38,049 bases of DNA from Minisyncoccota bacterium (lineage in GTDB: Bacteria > Patescibacteriota > Minisyncoccia > UBA6257), in the NCBI GenBank assembly GCA_035360795.1, contig DAOSBJ010000001.1, positions 1 through 38,049 of the forward strand. Reading direction: 5' to 3'. Both the position numbers and the translations under genes were made by a program. Numbering within the stretch: the first letter of the stretch is position 1; each line of letters starts with the position of its first letter. Below the pieces are notes generated by a model. That model saw only the letters and a program-made list of their open reading frames with translations. It did not search any database and was not told the origin of the DNA. Positions 34,086 to 38,049 of this stretch are shown in pieces.

Positions 34086-34140
34086 TACCCGCCCAAATAT
34101 TTGCAAAGTAAAAATTTGGGTGAGGCAAGCAAACAATAAT

Positions 34141-37100
34141 ATGAACAAAAAATTTATTGCAATTTTAGTAAGCGTTTTCGCGGTTGTGGGGATAGTAATA
34201 ATAGCCGGAAGAGCGAGAGCAGATACGCTTAATCCAAAAACTATTAATGTGGGGCCTCTTAATGGTTCTATCAATGGTTCTATCTCCGGTACTTTAACTG
34301 TTGGGAATAATGATACTGCCTCCACAAGTTCTTTAATTGGTACTTTTCCAGCTGTTGTCACTGGAATTAGTGATGGTACTTACAGTATTAGTGGTGATCA
34401 TCTAAGATTTACACCAGATAAATCAGGGCTTCCTCCCTATACTTCTGAGCAAGCATTTAATGGCACTATTACTCTTGATAAGGGAGTAGTTACTCTTCAA
34501 GGCACCCTTAATCCAGGGTTCAAGACAGATTCTGATGGAGATACTCATGACGTTACTAGTGTTAATGCTTCATTTTCTAATGGGATGGGTACTATTAAAA
34601 TTACTACTACCATTAATTATGGAACAGCTGAAAATCCTGTCGTCGTTAATTGGACTGTAGAAGGAGAAGTGGAAGCAGATTCTCTTAATGGTTCTATCAC
34701 TTCCGGTACTTTAACTGTTGGGAATAATGATACTGCCTTCACAAGTTCTTTAATTGGTACTTTTCCAGCTGTTGTCACTGGAATTAGTGATGGTACTTAC
34801 AGTATTAGTGGTGATCATCTAAGATTTACACCAGATAAATCAGGGCTTCCTCCCTATACTTCTGAGCAAGCATTTAATGGCACTATTACTCTTGATAAGG
34901 GAGTAGTTACTCTTCAAGGCACCCTTAATCCAGGGTTCAAGACAGATTCTGATGGAGATACTCATGACGTTACTAGTGTTAATGCTTCATTTTCTAATGG
35001 GATGGGTACTATTAAAATTACTACTACCATTAATTATGGAACAGCTGAAAATCCTGTCGTCGTTAATTGGACTGTAGAAGGAGAAGTGAATACTAATTCT
35101 ATTCAAGCTGCTATTAATGCCGCTTCTTCTGGCGACACCATCAATGTGGCAGCAGGAAATTATAAAGAACAATTGGTTATTGATAAATCTTTAACTCTGC
35201 AAGGAACAGGAGCTGGAACAACAATTATTGAAGCTCCTGACACGATGGCAGCAACTACTTGGACGCACCGTCGCACTGCATTCCAAACACTAATTGAAGT
35301 GAATGGAACATCTGCCCATGGTATTACTGTAAATATCAGCGGCTTTACCATTGACGGCCTCAACAAGTCCAGTGCAGATCCTCGATATACGGGCATCGTC
35401 TACCATAATGCTAATGGAACTATCTCAAATAATACTATCACGAAATTTGGCAACAATCCTCCAAAAGGTGCAGACGGATGGGGAATTTTTGTAGTAGAAG
35501 GCTCCAACGTTACTATCAGTAACAATACGGTTGATAAATGGGGCAAAGGTGGAATTGTCGTGGATGGGGATAATGATTATACAAGTACCGATGTTACAGC
35601 GACTATTACTGGTAACATAATAACTGGCGCAGGAGAGATAACTGCTGTTGCTCAAAATGGTATCCAAATTAGCCGAGGAGCAACGGGTACTGTGAGTAAA
35701 AATACTGTGAATGGCAATTATTATGATGGTTCAGATTGGAGTGGAAGCGGCATACTCCTTTATTACTCAAAAAATGTTTTAGTTTCCGAAAATACTCTTA
35801 CGGGTAATCAAACCGGGATTTACATTAACGGGGATAGTACTACTTATCCTCCTGATACTTATACTACGGATGGTTCACAGATTATAGATAATGATATTAA
35901 GGACGGAAAATATGGCATTGCCATTCTTCATACTAAGGACACTACCATAACTGGTAATACCATTAGCGGAAATACTGCTTCTGGCTTTCGTCTCCGAGCC
36001 GATGAAACTAATACTATTATTCGAGGTAACAATATTACCAGGAATAATACTTCTGACGCAGCTACTGCTGGGGGTATTTTGATTGAAAAAGATGCTAATG
36101 CTGATCAAATCACCGCCAACTTCAATAATATTGTGGGCAATAAGCAATACGGCATCTTCAACGGCAGCACAACTGACACTGTTAATGCCACCAACAACTG
36201 GTGGGGAGATAAGAGTGGACCCGGAGGTGTTGGCTCGGGTCTCGGGGATGCCGTTTCAGACAATGTTAACTATGACCCATGGATCGGGGCTGAGATAGAA
36301 AATAGTAAAACAGATTCAGTAACCGATGGCACTCTTGACGCTAAAACAGAAGCTAATACTGAAATTGTAGTAACAGGAGGAACTGCTACCGTAACTGCAG
36401 CTAAATATTCAGGTAATCCTGGAACTGGTTTTACTGGTGATATTGGTAAATACATTGATGTCTATGTCTCTCCAGACAGTACTGCTGCTGGAATAGAAAT
36501 TCGGCTTTATTATGCTGATAGTGAAATTTCTGGTAAAGACGAATCAAGTTTGAAATTGTATTGGTGGAACGATACAGCTTGGTCGCCTTGTTCTGATTCG
36601 GGAGTAGATACTGCTAGCAATTACATCTGGGCAAAAATTAGAAGTGATACTACGCCTAATTTAACTCAATTAACTGGCACTGCTTTTGGCGGAAGCGGCA
36701 GTCCATTGGTTACCACTGGTGGAGGTGGGGGTGGGGGTGTTATTGATATTACTCCTCCTGTTATCAGTGATATTAAAGTTGAAGCCCATAGCGATAAAGC
36801 AATTGTGAGTTGGACTACTGATGAATCAGCTATTTCTTGGGTAGCTTATGGAACTATTCCTAATTATGGTAATGAATTTCAGGATAATAATTACGTTACT
36901 TCACATACAGTCACTTTAAGTTTTTTGTCTCCACAAACCACTTATTATTATCAGGTAAAAGCTAGAGATAGAGCTGGTAATGTTTCTTCTAGCAGTGGTG
37001 CCACCTTTACTACTTTAAGTCCGGGTGAAGTTCTTGGTGCTTCAACCGAAGCAATGACATTAGAAGACTTAATGGCTAAAGTGAATGAAATTAAAGCTCA

Positions 37101-37452
37101 AATACAGAAACTTCAGAACAAATTAGCTCAACTTACCGGTAAGGTAGTTTTGGGTGCCGCTACTTATGAAGGAATTCCCCAAGATTTCAGTTTTAAAACT
37201 AATCTGAAAGAAGGGGATTCCTCAAACGATGTTAAGTATCTTCAGATAATTTTGAAAGCTGAAATCGGCGCTCCGACTTATCCAGAGAATGTGCCGGCTA
37301 CTGGCTGGTTTGGTCCCATTACTAAAGCCGCAGTTATTAAATTCCAAGAGAAATATGCTTCAGAGATATTGGCTCCTTGGAATCTCACTAAAGGCACTGG
37401 CTTAGTTGCTAATACCACCAGAGCCAAACTTAACCAAATGTTAGGCCACTAA
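34141..37452 (+). CDS. Giant cell-surface protein: TM/signal anchor, 2x139-aa duplicated domain, right-handed parallel beta-helix (PbH1/NosD-like), Fn3-like domain, coiled coil, and a C-terminal PG_binding_1 domain
   Basis: ATG 34141 (MNKKFIAILVSVFAVVGIVIIAG); the track GTG is at 34120. Beta-helix entry motif IQAAINAASSGDTINVAAGNY, many N-x-I/V-x-x-N turns, NNWWGDKSGPGG, an Fn3-like ITPPVISDI...YYYQVKARDRAGN, and PG-binding DVKYLQIIL...GWFGPITKAAVIKFQ. Confidence 0.85.
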   Translation: MNKKFIAILVSVFAVVGIVIIAGRARADTLNPKTINVGPLNGSINGSISGTLTVGNNDTASTSSLIGTFPAVVTGISDGTYSISGDHLRFTPDKSGLPPYTSEQAFNGTITLDKGVVTLQGTLNPGFKTDSDGDTHDVTSVNASFSNGMGTIKITTTINYGTAENPVVVNWTVEGEVEADSLNGSITSGTLTVGNNDTAFTSSLIGTFPAVVTGISDGTYSISGDHLRFTPDKSGLPPYTSEQAFNGTITLDKGVVTLQGTLNPGFKTDSDGDTHDVTSVNASFSNGMGTIKITTTINYGTAENPVVVNWTVEGEVNTNSIQAAINAASSGDTINVAAGNYKEQLVIDKSLTLQGTGAGTTIIEAPDTMAATTWTHRRTAFQTLIEVNGTSAHGITVNISGFTIDGLNKSSADPRYTGIVYHNANGTISNNTITKFGNNPPKGADGWGIFVVEGSNVTISNNTVDKWGKGGIVVDGDNDYTSTDVTATITGNIITGAGEITAVAQNGIQISRGATGTVSKNTVNGNYYDGSDWSGSGILLYYSKNVLVSENTLTGNQTGIYINGDSTTYPPDTYTTDGSQIIDNDIKDGKYGIAILHTKDTTITGNTISGNTASGFRLRADETNTIIRGNNITRNNTSDAATAGGILIEKDANADQITANFNNIVGNKQYGIFNGSTTDTVNATNNWWGDKSGPGGVGSGLGDAVSDNVNYDPWIGAEIENSKTDSVTDGTLDAKTEANTEIVVTGGTATVTAAKYSGNPGTGFTGDIGKYIDVYVSPDSTAAGIEIRLYYADSEISGKDESSLKLYWWNDTAWSPCSDSGVDTASNYIWAKIRSDTTPNLTQLTGTAFGGSGSPLVTTGGGGGGGVIDITPPVISDIKVEAHSDKAIVSWTTDESAISWVAYGTIPNYGNEFQDNNYVTSHTVTLSFLSPQTTYYYQVKARDRAGNVSSSSGATFTTLSPGEVLGASTEAMTLEDLMAKVNEIKAQIQKLQNKLAQLTGKVVLGAATYEGIPQDFSFKTNLKEGDSSNDVKYLQIILKAEIGAPTYPENVPATGWFGPITKAAVIKFQEKYASEILAPWNLTKGTGLVANTTRAKLNQMLGH
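34288..35089 (+). repeat. In-frame tandem duplication, period 417 bp, ~385 bp of near-identity (1 mismatch)
   Basis: By direct comparison, 34288-34672 matches 34705-35089. The only difference I found is C34322 versus T34739, which changes Ser to Phe. Confidence 0.9.
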
Positions 37453-37476
37453 AGTTAAGAAAGTCATTAAATACAC

Positions 37477-37516
37477 AAAAACTCCGACTTGTTTAGTCGG
37501 AGTTTTTGTTTTTTAT
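37477..37516 (+). terminator. Rho-independent terminator after the giant surface protein gene
   Basis: aaaaactccgac-ttgttta-gtcggagttttt followed by gtttttt. Confidence 0.85.
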
Positions 37517-37535
37517 GGCTAAATCCTTTGTTTTT

Positions 37536-37544
37536 TGGTATAAT
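37536..37544 (+). promoter_or_regulatory. Extended -10 promoter (TGgTATAAT)
   Basis: tgg-tataat lies 11 nt upstream of ATG 37555, which implies a very short leader. Confidence 0.4.
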
Positions 37545-37554
37545 AAATAATAAA

Positions 37555-37935
37555 ATGAAAAAAGAAATGTTTGAAAATTTGGTTTCTCAAATGACAAAAG
37601 AATTGCCAAAAGAATTTCTGAAAAAACTTAAAAATGTGGCTATTTTAATTCAAGATTTCCCGGACGAATATCAATTAAAACAAGGGGGTTATTCAGAGAA
37701 TAAATGCTTATTGGGATTATATGAAGGAGTGCCACAAATTCAACGCGGATATTACAATCGCGCTTTGCCAGACAAAATAACTTTATTTCAAAAAAATATT
37801 GAATCAATTGCTAATAACGACCCTGAAGCAATAAAAGAAATTATTAAAAATACCTTATGGCACGAGATTGGTCATCATTTTGGTTTCACTGACGAAGAAC
37901 TCAACAATAAATTAAAAATAAAAGATAAAAAATAA
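37555..37935 (+). CDS. Small zincin-like metallopeptidase family protein (DUF1025 / Zincin_1-like)
   Basis: ATG 37555; the track TTG 37489 lies in the terminator. LLGLYEGVP...LPDKITLFQKNI...TLWHEIGHHFGFTDEEL contains the HExxH motif in the family-typical context. Confidence 0.7.
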   Translation: MKKEMFENLVSQMTKELPKEFLKKLKNVAILIQDFPDEYQLKQGGYSENKCLLGLYEGVPQIQRGYYNRALPDKITLFQKNIESIANNDPEAIKEIIKNTLWHEIGHHFGFTDEELNNKLKIKDKK

Positions 37936-37959
37936 AAAAGATAAATATTATTTACTTTT

Positions 37960-38049
37960 ATGTCTATTTATGTTATCAACAGCCAAGGTCAAAAAGAACC
38001 CTTTTCCTTCAAAAAAATATACCTGAGCGCCCAAAGAGTCGGAGCACCG
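37960..38049 (+). CDS. 5' fragment of an ATP-cone-like ORF (runs off the window)
   Basis: MSIYVINSQGQKEPFSFKKIYLSAQRVGAP resembles an ATP-cone N-terminus (V-x-x-x-x-G-x-x-E-P-F-x-x-x-K-I). Only 30 codons are visible. Confidence 0.35.
   Translation, partial: MSIYVINSQGQKEPFSFKKIYLSAQRVGAP

Noticed and set aside
34288-35089. Diversity-generating retroelement (template/variable repeat pair)
   Set aside because: Both copies are in-frame parts of the same gene. The single mismatch is C/T rather than adenine-specific. No reverse transcriptase or accessory gene is present.
36718-36742. G-rich tract (ggtggaggtgggggtgggggtgtt) as a phase-variation slippage site
   Set aside because: It is interrupted rather than homopolymeric, and it simply encodes a Gly7 interdomain linker. 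There is no evidence of frameshift potential.
1-38049. Alternative genetic code (UGA recoding, as in some CPR relatives)
   Set aside because: Long ORFs are intact under code 11. TGA terminates well-defined genes, such as pcm at 31546-31548 and acyP at 33339-33341, at the expected protein ends.

Overview
The window is AT-rich, gene-dense and mostly transcribed on the + strand. Its style suggests a small-genome Candidate Phyla Radiation / Patescibacteria (Parcubacteria-like) bacterium; this is inferred from gene content and protein architectures, not from a marker gene. The genetic code looks standard, since TGA is used as a stop (for example at the ends of pcm and acyP).

Coding content, in order:
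- cupin, dcd, tRNA-Asn(GUU) and a small GIY-YIG protein
- a membrane-anchored 7-blade RCC1 propeller
- a C-terminal remnant of a large serine recombinase, and a MazG-like NTPase
- a heterodimeric ABC exporter pair on the - strand, which looks noticeably GC-richer than its surroundings
- an MliC-domain protein and an MFS transporter
- a D-Ala-D-Ala / peptidoglycan cluster: VanY-like M15 peptidase, an alpha/beta hydrolase, a MurF-like ligase with a transmembrane N-terminus, and Ddl
- an orphan ATP-cone protein and PrmC
- a 13-repeat beta-propeller surface protein
- a compact uvrB-uvrA-uvrC operon whose three proteins all lack accessory domains
- an ECF sigma factor, a membrane protein and a MacA/MacB-type (YknXYZ-like) efflux module
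- DUF1858, pcm, an RRM RNA-binding protein, ychF, acyP and a hypothetical protein
- a roughly 1100-aa beta-helix / Fn3 / PG-binding surface protein that carries a near-perfect 417-bp in-frame tandem duplication
- a zincin-like small peptidase, and the start of a second ATP-cone-like ORF

I found no rRNA, CRISPR array, reverse transcriptase or intact transposase.

The most unusual signal is non-coding. At 30319-30529, five tandem 40-nt hairpin modules share a conserved GNRA-capped apex and have covarying basal stems. Promoter-like hexamers precede the array and a terminator-like T-run follows it. Short interspersed repeats lie immediately downstream, and a related copy appears to sit in-frame inside a CDS at about 33.63 kb.

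Two other candidates stand out:
- a full-consensus promoter followed by a structured leader or sRNA of about 230 nt upstream of the giant surface protein
- a pair of covarying 24-nt hairpins abutting the 3' end of the tRNA

All functional calls come from motif recognition by eye. No database search was run.
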